A model generated the notes under the pieces. It did no database searches, was not told where the DNA came from, and saw only the letters and a list, made by a program, of their open reading frames with translations. From Catajapyx aquilonaris (taxonomy: Eukaryota): DNA of 64,000 nucleotides. How positions within the stretch are numbered: the stretch's first letter is position 1; each line of letters opens with the position of its first letter. Positions 47,412 through 62,130 of the stretch are shown piece after piece. The position numbers were made by a program, and so were the translations under genes. Location: NCBI GenBank assembly GCA_000934665.2, contig KZ538101.1:1-64000 (forward strand). Direction: 5' to 3'.

Positions 47412-50400
47412 TAATTAAATATCAACAAAAATCCAGAAATTGGTATTATAAACTCCAATGTCAGTCATCAGACCTATAGTAAGCATTCTGAACACGACTA
47501 TAGAGCACTAGACCTCATCATCTGAGAAGCCAACCACCTGCCAACTTGCTGTCTATCTGCATTTTGCCGGCTGTTCGCCCACTTCTATCCAGGTCACTGT
47601 CACGACTTTAGAAACTGCTTGAGTTGCTGGCCTTGAAACAGTACAGCGCGCCATTCAGAGCCCTTTCCCGTGTTCAAAGGACTTATCAGCATTAATCTTC
47701 ATCCGCGTCTAGTGAGGAGGCGTACTATTCAACCTGGAGAACGACCTTTGCAGATCCGCTTTACCGTCAAAAGGGACAGCGTTGCTATCATCTCGGAGTT
47801 AGTTCACCCGAGCTGGCTGTTTTGTCATGCATTGCTAAACCCATCACTTTGACTAACTATCGTAGTTTCTCATTTATTACTGAGTGACTGATTTCCGTCA
47901 GGCTAATTGAAGGTTAAAGTGTATTCGCAGTGCGATTTTGTATTTGCAAATATGAGCAAAATTACGAATTGTGATTTTATGGCGAAGTAGCTATTGCTTC
48001 AATTTCAGAGCAAGAACTTGCCAGTATTGCACTGTTCTACATAAACAAAAACAGATTTACGAAATATTGGATCGACCAAATTGGATAAATACGGATTGTG
48101 CAGAACCAAGCGTCTATTTTGGACTTTTTACAGAGCATTTCCCAGGATCGCTTCCAATATCTTCGGATTCGTCTAATAACTTAATCAATTATTCCATCAC
48201 TGACTAAATTGGGCGATTCGCTTTATATAGTATGGCTGAGGTAGTTGATACGTAATATCGATACAAAATATCGACGAATGTTCCAGGAACGTGCTATAGC
48301 CTACTATCATGGATGTATAATTTTACAACGTGTTGGACCACCATTTTCTTCGGAAAACGGATACATTTACATCCATATTTACTACCTAATTTGCACTGAT
48401 AATTTGAATATTTTGTCTAAGTATTAACACGGACTGATTTCTTCACAAATAGCTAAAACCAAACAGTAGTAAAGAAATGTTTCTCTTGGCTGCATGCGCA
48501 TCATATAAGGTTTTAAAATAAACAGTATAAAATGTCACAAACAGAGCAACTTTCCGAGTCTGCTGACGAGGAGGGGCATCATACTGTATAGCCACGCCAT
48601 GTTTTATTCATTATTGCATTGATCCAGTTTGGAAGCACATCCCTGGCAACATGGTCCACATCAGGTTTATTTTGTAATACTGCAGCATGTTCATCACGCA
48701 CTGGCTAAAACCACTCTCACTCTGTTTCACTCTGGATGACCTATCCTACCGATTAACATTGCAAACGCATAAAATTTCGTCCAAGAAGAGCTAATGGTTG
48801 TACATTCTAGCAACCCCCTTCTGACTATGTCGTGCACCAAGTTAGCAGACCATTCTACAGTACTATACATGCACGCACGCTCTTCTCCAAGCCCAACGAA
48901 TAAAGACGAATTTCTCCCAAGAGATCATGGCGCCGAAACTTTGCTATTGCTAGACGATGCTCACGTCGAGAGAGCGGCTAATCTAGAAGAACAAGCGAAG
49001 GGGTTGGAGGAAAAGGGGGGGGGGGGTATGAAACAATTAAAACCATAGACCGGCAGTGCACTTTGGCCCCCATCTTCTCCACGCCCATTCCCACAGGCCT
49101 CGTCCGGACAGCCCAATTCCATTAGGCAGTGCGGCAACCCACCACCGGATTAGCGCCAAGAAGTAGGCCTACCTCCATACAACCCATACCAGACCCTAAC
49201 CCTGCATGGTCCTCTCACACATCCGCACATAACAAGGGGTGCGTGGCTCGAAATGGACTGTGTATGATTCTGGATGAAAACATGTTTGCATACTGTATGT
49301 CAGCCCTTGGCTATACACAGTGGGGGGTGTTACACCCACCCACCCCCCCAAAATAAAACCAACACACATAGGCCTACACAAAGAGAATTACTTCTGAGTT
49401 ACATAGTAATACTATGACTGATATGAAGGCAAACCATACTGTATTTTCCTGGAGTTATTTTAAGGGTCGGGCCACTCTGGCTCTGAGGGACCCCCATTTA
49501 AGTTATGTCACAATGCACTAATGCAACCCTTGTGCTGTGCTTGCGATTTGATATCTGTTCGTGGCATTCGCCCTATATTTCTTCGCTGGGTGTCATTAGT
49601 CTCGGAGTAGAACATAGCTGTTTCTGTTCTCTGCTGACTTTTTTTTTTGCTTGTACACGTGTTCCTTTAGATGGTTACGGCTCAGAGGAAAATTCTCCAA
49701 GGGGGCAAATAAATTTTATTGATTTATTGATATTTCTTCACTAGGGATTAGATGTGCAGGACGGTGTAAATAACCCGTGTCGATACTTTTCAGTAAAGGT
49801 CACATGCAGTAAAGGCCCTTTATACACTAGCTTAATTCACGGTGTTGATTTTTTCATTTTGTGGAAACAAAAGTGTACTGTATGAATAATTGAGCTTCCC
49901 TATTTACAATGGAAAAGGTGAAAATAGCACTAAAAAGTTTTTACAACTCCACAACCACAAACAAGTGCGGTAACCCACTAGTAGGATTACACAAAAATAA
50001 TAGCAAAACTGTTACACCTGTGAGAGTGACGGCATAAGTTCATTTTTGAAGTCATAAGCTATACATCAAACCACGACATAAACACAATAATAACGTATAG
50101 ATGCTTGTATATACTGTACAGTACATGCACTGAGAAGTAAATTAATAATGTCTAATGCAAAAAAATGATGTCTTAACTCATTTATAATATATAATCAGGA
50201 AATATTGCAGGCTGGGGCTAACCACTCATCATATTAGCTAGTCGATAGAGAGAAAACCCAGATTTTAATTTCCTTGAAAAGTAATTTTTCAGATACTTTT
50301 CACCTGTCCTATACATCCCACTGTAAAAGAGTCTGGGTGCATTACATATTCTACCTTGTAAATAATAAAAATAAATGCAATATACGGTAACAAACGGCGA

Positions 50401-53400
50401 GGGGTCTTTTCCAGCTTAATTTCATCTCGACAGGTGCGACAATTCAACAAATGATTGTAGCAAGCCGAAGAGGTCAGCCCTCCAATATTTGTCCCAAAGA
50501 AATGTTATCCAGCTGGCTGTTCTGGCGGATGCGTCTCAAATAATGTCTTTTCTCCCCTCTAAACACAAACAAAAAAAGAAGAAAACTGCACAAGTTACAG
50601 CTCTTGGGCTAGAAGTTAGACATGTTTATAGGGTTGGTCTTTTGTTAAAAAATCCGCGCTTTGCTCCTTCCCATATCTCATCCTGCACAGTGGGCCTATA
50701 TGAGTGTCTAAATATTAAAGAACTGCATAGTTACATGGGTGTATAGAAGAACTTTAAATAACGTCTGTTTAACAAATTTACCTTATTATAATAGTCTATC
50801 AAAAATATGCTTTGGTTATTAGTATACTATAGTCGCAATGAGCTTTCCATGTGAGACATCCCGAAGTATGTCCGTCACATATCGTTTTCAGTTTACTTTT
50901 TAAAATCGGTAATATGTATTCTTAAAGTAGATTTTTATGCCGCATGTAACAGCACTGACTTCCCTGGCTATATCGCCTATACATAAGTCACGTGACCCTT
51001 CCTATTGCAAGTATAGTGGGGGAATGGTCCTTCGGTTCTCCTCCCAGGATCGTAGTTAGTTGGTACACTCGGGAACAGGGGTGTACCATCTTGACGCAGA
51101 AGAGTATGCGAATCACCAACAGGGATGTGAGCCGAATTCTAATACACACTGTATATTGCACAAGCCTACCTGCTGGCTTTATAAAATTCCCTCAGTGAGA
51201 TATACAGTGATTAGGTTACCTTTTTCAACTATAGCTACAGTATGAACTAGCGGAATAGGCCTTATGTTTTTGTTACGAATTTGTGAAAAATATAATGTAT
51301 CTTATTAGCAAACGTTTGTGCGCTCTGAAAATATATAATAACTCTGAACACATAGACATTAAGCGAGGAAAAACGAAATTAACATTTCTGGTGCCAGCAT
51401 AATGCAATCTGTTGGGGATATCAAGTTTAGTCTGAATAAATACTGTAATTCATATCTCCTGTTTCAGTCTAATTGGACCACGTACCACATAATGCATTTT
51501 AATGGCTTGTTATTTACAGGTTTAAAAATCACGTGATGCAGCATAGTTCAAAATTTACAGTTTTATATTATGTATTGATTGTTGCACAGAAAAGACCATG
51601 GAAAAAGTAAAAGGATGATTTTTATATATAACTTATAATTCCTTCAGTTCATTACTTACACATTAAGAACAAATTACCGCGATAGTATTATATTGTAAGT
51701 TATAATTCTGATTTTACCGCAGATTATGTAAATGTCCCCGAATCTCTCTCACAGTCAGTTGTAAGTGCTCAACTGGAAGGAGGACTGCTACAAGAAGTCG
51801 TCCTGTTCCTGTGCAACTGAACTTACAGTGGTTCCAAAGTCTTGCTCTCCTGATGTTGTAAGCTGGATAAGATGTCTTAGACTAATCTTAGAGAAAGAAG
51901 GATAATGCTATAAGAGTAAGACTCTGCCTAACTTAGCTTTGATGCGTTGGGCCCTAACCGGTGTCAAAAATTGATGGATCGATGGATGGATTAATTAACA
52001 AATTAACGAATACCCCACGAATCCTTGGGCTAATTATTATCCACTGAAAAGCGGACGTAAAAACAAGTTTAAGTCCACGTTGTATATTACAGTACAGGTA
52101 CATCAGTTCCAGAATTAAACAAGAATGCACAGCACAGCATAACTGCCAAGAAATTTAAGATTTATTTCTGAATGAACATTGGATCAATGCACTTGAAGCA
52201 CAAGTACAAGGAAAATGAGCTCGTAGGTTATGTTATCTCTGATAGCTCACTAATTCATAAATTCCTATCCTCAAAACTAAAATAAAAACACAAATGGCTC
52301 TTTCTCAAAAACCAAGTTACAGGTAGGCCGTACCCATGTACAATATTTGACTCTAGGATGTGAAACTAAAATTCTAAATAGTATACCATTTCATTGCTAA
52401 AGTATAGAGGTAGATTTGGCTCTACCTTCCTTCCTAGTAAACTACCTCCCAACAGATTGGCAGCGCGCACCTTACTCCTTGCTACCAGAAGACACATTAT
52501 AGCTCAGCAATAAATATAGTTTCCTTTCCACTCCTTTCCTCCAATGCCACATAAAGGCAGTTAGATCTTTTTTCCGTGACACCCTTTCAATTTTCTCCCA
52601 GCCACAGCCGGTGGAACAAAACCCTGAGCCATTATCTCCTCCTATTCACTAGCAGTACAGTATGTGTATGTGTGAAGACATTGGCACTTCCATCAGCTCC
52701 CCGCGATTTATGCCGAAGGGGGCAGAGTTCCCATGCCCCCCACCTGCCCGGCCTCGGCCATCTTCCCACCACCTGCTACCCATCCCCGCAATTTATGGGG
52801 CTTACATCACATCTTCCCTTTACCCCCCCGGCCCCCTTCCACCACCATATCCTACCACCTCAACAATTGAAAGATGATTAGCGGAGAGAGGGAGGCTGCT
52901 GCGCCAAAAACTGGGCCCCCCCTGTTATACACGTGACATAAGCGTCATCGCCCTTAGGCGCCTCCGCATGACAGCCAAGCTATTAAGGAGATAAGAATTT
53001 CTCATTTCCTCTCCAAATGGCGACGAAGCGGACTCGGTTTCCCTCCAGGCCGGTACAGGGAACAATGAGGAAGAGATCGAGCCTGGAAGGAAAAGATGGC
53101 AGCAAAGACTGGTTTGCTTGCCTCCTTGCCTCCCTGTCGCAAAGATGGCCGGGGACCTACTAGCTACCAACCAGCGGTGCCCCGCCATCTTGGGTCCCCC
53201 CCTCTTCCCCGGGCCACCGGACCGGCCATTAGCATGCTACCCTCGAACACAAGGCACCGGCATATTTCCAACTTAGTGAGCACGGAGCCTGTCGTTTGGC
53301 TTCATTTATCACTTGGCTTTATTTCCGAAATTTAATCATGTGCCCAAGTCTAGCAGAATAGAGTTGACATATTGAGCAGATTATGAAAATAGGTTTATCG

Positions 53401-54820
53401 GCCGAAGCTAAATGGCAGCGAACGAGCGCATATTAATGGGGGGTGACCCCCCCTCCCCCTCTCTCCTGCCCCCCAGTTTCCCCACCGCTGTGTGCCGACT
53501 CCTCCACTCACCAGCCACTCCCCTTGCCCCCATACTACCGCCTGCCCCCACCACCGTTGCCAAAAAAAAAAAAAAATAAAAAAGGGAAACGCAGCATTGA
53601 GAGGCGTATCAGGGCGGTCAGAGGCGCCTCGCCGAGATTCCGGCAGCGGCGAAATTAATTTTCTTGTATTCAACTTGGCGCTTCCCTGCTCTCCTGGCCA
53701 GGAAACGAGACGCCTTTCAAACCAAAGCTTCCGCCTCTTTCCTCCCCGCCGATGTTGGCCCGCACAAAACAATGGAAGATCGATGTGTGCATATTTATCT
53801 CATTGGGAGGCGGGGAGGGGAAACTGTGGGGGGGGGGCACGATGAAATACATTGTTCGTGTTGTTGTGCACCTCTGCTCTTCCCTACCCTTCCCTCCCCC
53901 AGCCCTACTCCTAGATTCAATAGAAATATTGAAAATTCTTTCACCCTTGCTTGGGCACGGAAAATAAGGGCGCTCTACCAAGCATTAAACAACGCCAGCG
54001 AGTGGCTTCGACAGAGCTTCGCCTGGCCTATCTCTTTTTGGGCCGTGCTTCGTAAAGGACCAAAACTGGAAAACCGAGCGAGCGCTGCATCCAGCATCCG
54101 AAACTTGAAAAGCCCTCCCCCTTTCCCACAACCCCCCTAACCCGTATCCAAAACCCTCCCCGGATGGGGACCACTATGTTGCCACATTTTGGGACTTCTC
54201 GCCTTAATGCATGGATTTTGCTCGCCACTCCCCAGCCTCCCTGTGCTATACCCCCTCCACTGCCAGCCTCCCTCCCCCCTCTTCTCATCTCTCTCACTGC
54301 CACGAGAACAAGGCCACAAGCCCTTGTTTCAAACTGGCATGACATGAAAATCAATGCGAGCTGCAGGTCGGCGCTTGTAAAGAGCCATGGGGAAAGGAGG
54401 GGAGGACCTGGGGAGAGAGAGGGAATGGCGGCAGGCAAAAGGACACAGGCAACGTCGCCTTCATCCACCACCTCTCCCAACTCCCCTTCCATTTCACCCA
54501 AGCCGCCCTCCGAAACCAACCCCCAAACCCACTCCTCAAGTTTGGAAAGTTCAGCCAAGCAAGCGGAAAGCGGGAGGAAAAATGACTGCATGCCAAGCCG
54601 GAATTTTCATATTTCATACTGGGCGAGTAACTTGCGCCAAATTATTATTCCCTGTGTGTCTTTCTGCTAGCCCCCCCCCCCACCCCTTCCTCCAAGCCTT
54701 CCCTCCTTCTACGGTCTCCGCCAGCCCCCTCTAGCCGATTCAACCCATCCAGCCGATCTACTTTTCTCTAACTCGTTTTCTGCCAAAGGAGAGAATAAAA
54801 TGAGGAGATTACACTATGAT

Positions 54821-54895
54821 NNNNNNNNNNNNNNNNNNNNNNNNNNNNNNNNNNNNNNNNNNNNNNNNNNNNNNNNNNNNNNNNNNNNNNNNNNN
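54821..54895. other. Assembly gap
   Basis: N run followed by poly-G. Confidence 0.99.
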
Positions 54896-57800
54896 GGGGG
54901 GGGGGGGGATGAGGGTCGAATGGCCCGCAGTGTTTCATTCTTGTCAACACTTGGACCTTATAAAGAGGGCAGACAAGAAGCTATGGTGGTTTGACATCTT
55001 CAGTAATATGGTGTCGGGATATTTAAATGTCATATTATAACAGTCATTACTTTCAAGGTGTCATAAGCCTCGGTTTTTGCAATCAAATTATACATAAGTA
55101 TGAGAATGTCATTTTTATCCGTACTTTCCAGCAGGAAAAGTCGTTGAAAAATATGCAAAATTATATCAAGGAGAGTTTACTAGAAAATTATATTAGCATT
55201 TCAGAGCAGTTCTCGAAATATCACCGGATATCCTCCTTTCAGAGAAGTGCAGTGGAGGAATCACAATATTAGGAAGGAAATGGTGCCCCCCTATTTACAC
55301 TAATTGCGTCATTATGAAGGTGAAAGAAAGGAATAACCTATATAGTATTGTTTCATGCTGCAATATTATTTTCTGGCATAAGAATATTATGCAACGCTTG
55401 TTAAAATGTCAGCTTATTAAACCACAAATCTGTCGAAGAACCTGCAGCATTCTGACAGTCCAAATAATACAGTATATTCTTCCACGTTTTAATTTTCTGA
55501 CATCAAAAGCAATCCTCCTGACACTTTCATTGAATTAATTTCACCTCAAATGAACCAGTCAGTATTTCACTAGCCGAAAACAAAGCCAATCCGCAGTGAT
55601 CTAAAGATTGTGTAGGTTAATTCTTCTGAATATATGTGTTGTAAATCATTATCACAAAAACTGTCTTGTAAAACCGCCAGAGAAAAAATATTATTAAGCG
55701 AACAAGTTGTATGTTCTGGTTTGTGGAGGCAGAAATATTGGCCAGCATCCTGTGTAATGGCAGCATTTGAGTTTCAGGCACGCATCAGACAGCGCTGTCG
55801 AAAATATGTGTGCAGCAGCTCCACACCTGCGAATCGACCCCTCACCATCCAGCAATGGACCAGTTACATGACCATTTCGTCTTGCTAAATATGCAACCTC
55901 TGAATCGCACAATGACACCGTACCAGCATGTTGTGTACAAAAAAATAACCAATGGTATTATTACTAATAAATGCTCTTCAACAGCACGAGGTGATAGAGA
56001 AGCTAGGCAGTGGCTATACCAAGAGTAACTTTTCCCTATTCACCTCACATGAGTAAATGTTATTATGATTCGAGTCTAGTAACCGGCAGTGAATAGGTCA
56101 AGGTACCTGAAATTTTTGTAAACCAACCATATTTACATGTGTCCTTATCACACCTACTCCACTTCCCCTCAAGACGGGGTCCAGGATGGTAGGACAAGTG
56201 CTTGGGATAGTGTCAGCAAAGAAATCAGGCCTGCTAAGGAAAGAAGTGACTGAACACTGGGAACATGTCTTAATCAATCAACTCTTCCGTTTCCCCTCCT
56301 CTTCGGGTCGTTAACATGGGAGGATACACATCATGTACTATCGTAGAGCTATAGAGGCCAAAAAAATTATTCAGATCATTATGCATTTCAGGTCTTTATG
56401 TGAGTGTATTACTTAATTTTAATATATTTTAATATGATTTCCCTCCCCTCTGTACAACTGCAGTGTACACTGTACAGTATTTTTAAGTTGTGTTTTGTTT
56501 CAAATATTTTCATTTTTTTTTGCAATGGTGATGTGCACTAAGCTGAAGTGGAATGACCATGCATATAACTACGTCTCCCAAATCGTGCAAGGAATCATAT
56601 TTTAAGCCTTGTTCTCATGAGAGCGTTTTGTCGCTCTAAGTTATGTCGGAGATAGGGGGTTTCCCCGAAAAAGCGACCTTACTGGTGCCATTAGCTGATC
56701 CGATAGAAAACACCACTAGTTCTTTTACAATGTATATGAAACCGGTTTCCCATGCCTAGGAGCACACATATAATATTCGCCCTATTATAAGGCCCATCAC
56801 ATCCCTGATATACTCTCTGACGTTAATTATCGAGCTTACAATATAAAATATAATGAAAAGAATATTTTTGCATCATCCATCCATACTAAATATTGAGCTC
56901 CCTAAAATTAGCCTCTCTGTAACACAAGTTAAGTTTTTTCAATAACATTATAACATAATAACCGCGTGTTATTCACCGACTACAATGAGGACCCCCCTTT
57001 GTCCTGCTACCCCTTCAGGCTGAATCGAGGGGCGGGTGTCACTGACCCCTTTTCCTCCCACCCCATCACCGACTACCCTGACTTGTGTCCCCTATTTCCG
57101 ATGCCTCTAGCCCTACCTTGTTTTCCCGACCATGCAAATGAAGCCCACGCCATATAATATCAGTGATACCATATCAATCGGGCCACAGGGCATTGGCCTC
57201 CAGTAAATTGAGTATAAAAAGAAATTCTAAACTCTCCATTAGTAGTCATTACTCAGGCTGCAGCCTCTCATGTACCAGTGTCTATTTTTTCATTCTGAAA
57301 GTGTCATATAGTATAGCATGGTCAGATTGAACGTGTTGATTTTCAACTTGGATAGAAAAAGTAATTAAAACTATCGAAATCTGTTAGCTGAGACCCACTA
57401 GAGCCTGTAAAGCAACACCTGAAGGTTTTTGTCCTAGAGCAAGTTGATAGATGAGTTGAGTGAGCAGTGTCGCTCAGCTTGACTCCATGGATGCAAGGGT
57501 TCGATACCATGTGTCAGTCAGCTTTCAAGATACATATTGATGCACATTTTGACCCTTCCATTTCCCTTCCCCCTCTGTATTCTCCCCCATCATGGTAGTG
57601 GTCTACATCTGGTTTTAAATCGAGAGGGACGATACAATAAGCCCGGTATTTTTTGCATCCTTCTGTGGGGGATGGAGGGGGCATATGTGGGGAGAGAGCA
57701 ACAGACCGGGGGGGGGGGGNGGATGTTTTTTTTTTTCCACTGGCCAGCGCAACTGCAATGTGTTTTCCTGAGCACCATAAAGAGTTTGTAATCCATGTCC

Positions 57801-60800
57801 CGCTGATTAATCGATTAAATAATGCCACTCGTATGAATAAAACACATTGTACCGCAAATACTGTTGGACGAACAAAGCGGTGGGATACGTATACTGTGCG
57901 CATATAGTGCATATCGGACCTCATTTTTAACCCGTGCTGGGCGTATCTTCTGGAAACCAAACTGGCGGTACTTAAATGGCTAGACACACAGTTATCATGC
58001 CACGAACGTGATCCTAAATGTTATTACTGCATTAAAGGATTTATTAGGAAGTGAACGTATGTAAACGAATTACTTGCACTCTTGGCACATTGTTCCTGAT
58101 GGAGGGTGAAACATTGTTGGGAACGTTAATCGCGCGTAAGGTGTCGCCTAATCCGGTTTAAATTTTAGCAGGTGCTCTGAATCCGGGTTTATTACTTAGA
58201 GGGGGGTATATCTGAGTTCAACGATGTCTACCATTTTGTTGCAATTATGGAGAAGACATTCACGACGGTACTGAACGTAAATCAATTCGGCTGAAGTTAC
58301 TGCAGCGGCAAAGGATCGGTGACCTATATTGGCCAAAATTTACGACCAAAAGTTCAGTTCAAAACTTGTCACACTCCAATTAAATATTACCTTGCGGCGT
58401 TTTTTAATAATGAAAGTCTTCAGTTTGTTCTGCAGTAGTTTGCACAAATAGTCTTTTGAATTATGCATCCAAAATATATTGGTCGCATTTCGATGCGGCC
58501 ATCCACGTCAACAAACTTTATCTGTCCATACTGCACATCCTCTCTCTTAATTACACCTACTGCGCACCTTACAGGTTAGAGGTAAAAAGAGCAAAGGTAT
58601 CATCAACCGACTGTCCAATTAGCCAAAGGGCCAAGAGTGTTGGAAATACGTGAGGTGTGCAAAACATCAGTGTAAACGAAGGTGACGATTAGGTACAACA
58701 ACACAACCGTATGTGTGGGTATGTGATGGATGGGTGGGAGTGGGGAGTTCACGTGTGGGAAAGGGATGAGGGAGGGGGGAGGATTGGCTAGTGACGCCCC
58801 CGAGAGGGGGAACACAAGCTCTCCTTAAATATTACATGTGGCGCAGCGGTGCAAAATTGATGGGCGCCTCGGCCCGGAGGCCACTTGACAGTCCGGCGAT
58901 CCATAAGTGGCAACAGAGCTGGAAATAAGGCCGCCTTTTCGTGGGTCGTATNGGGGGTCAAGAGGAGCACGAATTATTGAAGGTGAGGCCCGAGGCGTGC
59001 TGACCTACGGACTTCTTGCGGAATTTGGTGTCGGACTGGGAGTCGAACCTGGAAGTGGGAGGAAGATGAGGGAAGGAGGGGGTAGGAGGGGCAATCACCT
59101 CCTGCTCTGGCCTCACCAATGAATTAACCAGTGGGAACCGGGGCTTTGTCTCGGATGCCAAATTGAAACCTAATCTTTTCCGGGCGTGCAATTTTCATCA
59201 GGCTTTTACTTTCTTGCCTTGGCTTTGGATAGAGGGGGGTGGAGTTGTGGAGGGTGGGGGGTGTGGGGTGTTCGCTAGGGGAATATATGGGTCCCGGGTG
59301 GAGGCGCCTTCAGGCAATCTCACAATGCAAGGCGCCCAGGTGAATTATTCCGCAGGGCTCGACCCCGAGGAATCATAAACTTGCCCGCTTAGCCCTTCGC
59401 TTCCGTCCCCATGGCAACGGCCGCTCTGCACCTCTGGAGGTGGCTTTGGATCGTATGGGGTGGTAGTGGGAACGGGGGTGTCCGGGAGGAAAGAGGGGGT
59501 TGCGAAAAAGCCAGCTGCTACCCCTCCCCGCGTGTCACGCTGTCGTTAGAAAGGCGTGGACATTCCCGAAAAGAAGCTTCCCATGTAGGCAACATTGTTG
59601 GTGTAGGACACGGTGGGAAATGCCGTGCCTGAATTTCATTTGCCCCACCCCAGCCAGCCCCCAACCAACTCACTATGATACTTTTTTCCCACTAACGAAC
59701 GAACATTAAATTGAACCCGCCGGCCAGACCTGAAATGGACCTCTTCAGCGGAGGAAAAATGATCCCCAGGCACTGCAACAACACTTAGCTGCCCTTCCAC
59801 CCACCCCCACCCCCTTCCTTCCGAACAATTGAGCCTGGTAATTGAATGGGCGACCGACATGTGGGCCTTTCCGCCGCATTAGGCGCCGCGGCGGCCGCTT
59901 ATGACGGCAGACTTCTTTCCGGGCTATTTCCTCCTGGCCTCGGGCTACGGCGCCACTTTCTTCGCCTCCACTGAACCACCCCCACCCACCCAACTATATT
60001 CCTCAACAATAGGCCTGCTTGGAAATTATCCAACCACTAGGCTTCCCCCAACCCAGCCCGCCCAGAGAAGCCTATTGAGTTCACATCGACATCCATCCCC
60101 AGGATTACTGCTATTGACAGCTGGGGGCTGGTCCGAAAGCAGCCATCTTAGTTTCAGCCCATTTCATTATTCGTTGGGAGAAAAATCCGGGACGTATCCA
60201 GCGTATGATCCAGATGTTCTGGTCTGGCTAGTGATGTCTTCCACGGCCACAATCCCCAAGAAGCAATATGAAACAATGCAGGCAGACAGCGGCTTTGTCC
60301 GCGGCCGGCCATAATTCCATTTGTAAGCCAAAGTGACCCGGGCAACCCCCGACTTAGGTTAGCACTTACCTTGCCGTAGTGGCAAAAAAGCGGTGCGGTG
60401 GGCGTAGCGGGATTGGAAGGCAGCCCGGCGTCAAATGACGAGGCCTAGGGTCTCAGGCTTAACCACCAGACCACCGCGCTCGTCACTACGTGGCTGGAGT
60501 GGCTTAAATTCACATAATGTTGAGTGTTAACGCGATAAATCTGGTTGGCTAATGTGGGTTGGAGTCCCTTTCTTCCTACAGGACGACTCCGATTCTACTG
60601 GTTCGAATGGGGTTGGCCAAGAGTGGAATGGAAAGAGATCCTCTGTAACCGCCTCGCGTAAATTCATCGTTGCAAAACACGTACAGTATACCAGCTTTCC
60701 CCTCGCTTCCCACCACCCCCCACCACCCCTCGAATGGAATTACTGTAGCGAGGGGAGTACAAATAAATTTATACAGTAGGTCGAGTCAAACTGGAAGCAG

Positions 60801-61393
60801 GAAAATCTACACAGTGCAAGCGGGATACAATTTACATAAACATGAGTTTTACCCGCTATTTGGAGCTGCACTGATTGTGGAAAACGCCGGTTAGCACTTC
60901 CATGCGACATTGTGCACTATCGTGTTCAAATGAAATAGATACATGGGTTCAAACTCTCTTTCAGGCGAGTGAGTATTATATGTTTGGGCTGGAATCATGT
61001 GACGCACCTGCTGGATACCCGGATCAAAATGGCAACGACTTCTCCGGTTTTAGCTGGAATATTTAGGGTTTTTTTATAGGGACCAAAATGCTATGGAATA
61101 GTCTCAGTCAACACAAACCATTCGCAGCTAGTAATGCAATTTTCCGGGTGAGGTGGTGCCGCAAAAAAGCCGGCCGTATGGAAAAGAAAAATAGAGCCTG
61201 CTCTGTTCGCAGCCACCAGGTTTAGCCAAATACCGGTTTTGTGTCGCAGCACATGGAAGCCCCTCAGTTTTAGCAGGGCAACTCCATTGCTATTTGCCAG
61301 GGGGAGGAATCAGTCACTTTTTCTATTGACGTTGAAGGATGCCTATTTGGACAGCTTATTAGTCCACTATGTGTATGAATATTTAGAAAAGGC

Positions 61394-61414
61394 TTATTAT
61401 TATTATTATTATTA

Positions 61415-61498
<84 letters not shown>
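61394..61498. repeat. (TTA)n microsatellite
   Basis: Long TTA run with one TCA variant. Confidence 0.97.
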
Positions 61499-61607
61499 GA
61501 GGACGTTCTGTGACGCAAGTACTGTATAAGGAAATGTTTCTCAGGACAACAGTGCGTGGTGGTGTACCGGTTTTATTTCACGTTTTTGGATGCATGTCAC
61601 TATAATA

Positions 61608-61864
61608 TGAAGACCTCGGGAGAAGAATGATCAAGGTCCACCTCAGGTGAAACTGAGATAATTATTTCAATTTCAAATTTCGAAGGCCCATAAGGTTTTA
61701 TTGTAAATCCCACTTTCGGGGCCTTCCATAGTGACTTATGATCGTTACTCCACAACCACGCCCCAACCATCATATTATTCTACAATAGTGAAACTATCTT
61801 CTGAGATATGTGACTCATTTTTGACAAAAAGTGGACCTTGATCGTTCTTCCCCCGAGGTCTTCA
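61608..61864. mobile_element. MITE with ~34-bp TIRs and TA flanks
   Basis: TA-tgaagacctcgggagaagaatgatcaaggtccac...gtggaccttgatcgttcttcccccgaggtcttca-TA. Confidence 0.82.
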
Positions 61865-62130
61865 TACATTATTATTGGCAACAGAAACAATAGCTTCTCT
61901 CTTCAAAAATATTAGACCCATGAAATGTGTTCTGTGTACATGTAAAAAAATTTGTAACTCATGTCATCATTAACAGTTTTTCATCGAATAAATTCATTCT
62001 CATGTAAAGTTTACTGCAAACATGTGGCTTAAAGAACTTCCAAAAAGTTTTCATACTGCTTCATCACGGGGTATCCTCTATTAACTAATAGACTATACAG
62101 TACTGATATCAGTGTTCTCCTCCCACTCAC

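Noticed and set aside
51573..51594. miR-315-like sequence tattgattgttgcacagaaaag
   Set aside because: Mismatch in the seed and no complementary arm to form a hairpin.
61239..61518. Poly-Tyr and poly-Asn ORFs
   Set aside because: Translations of the (TTA)n microsatellite.
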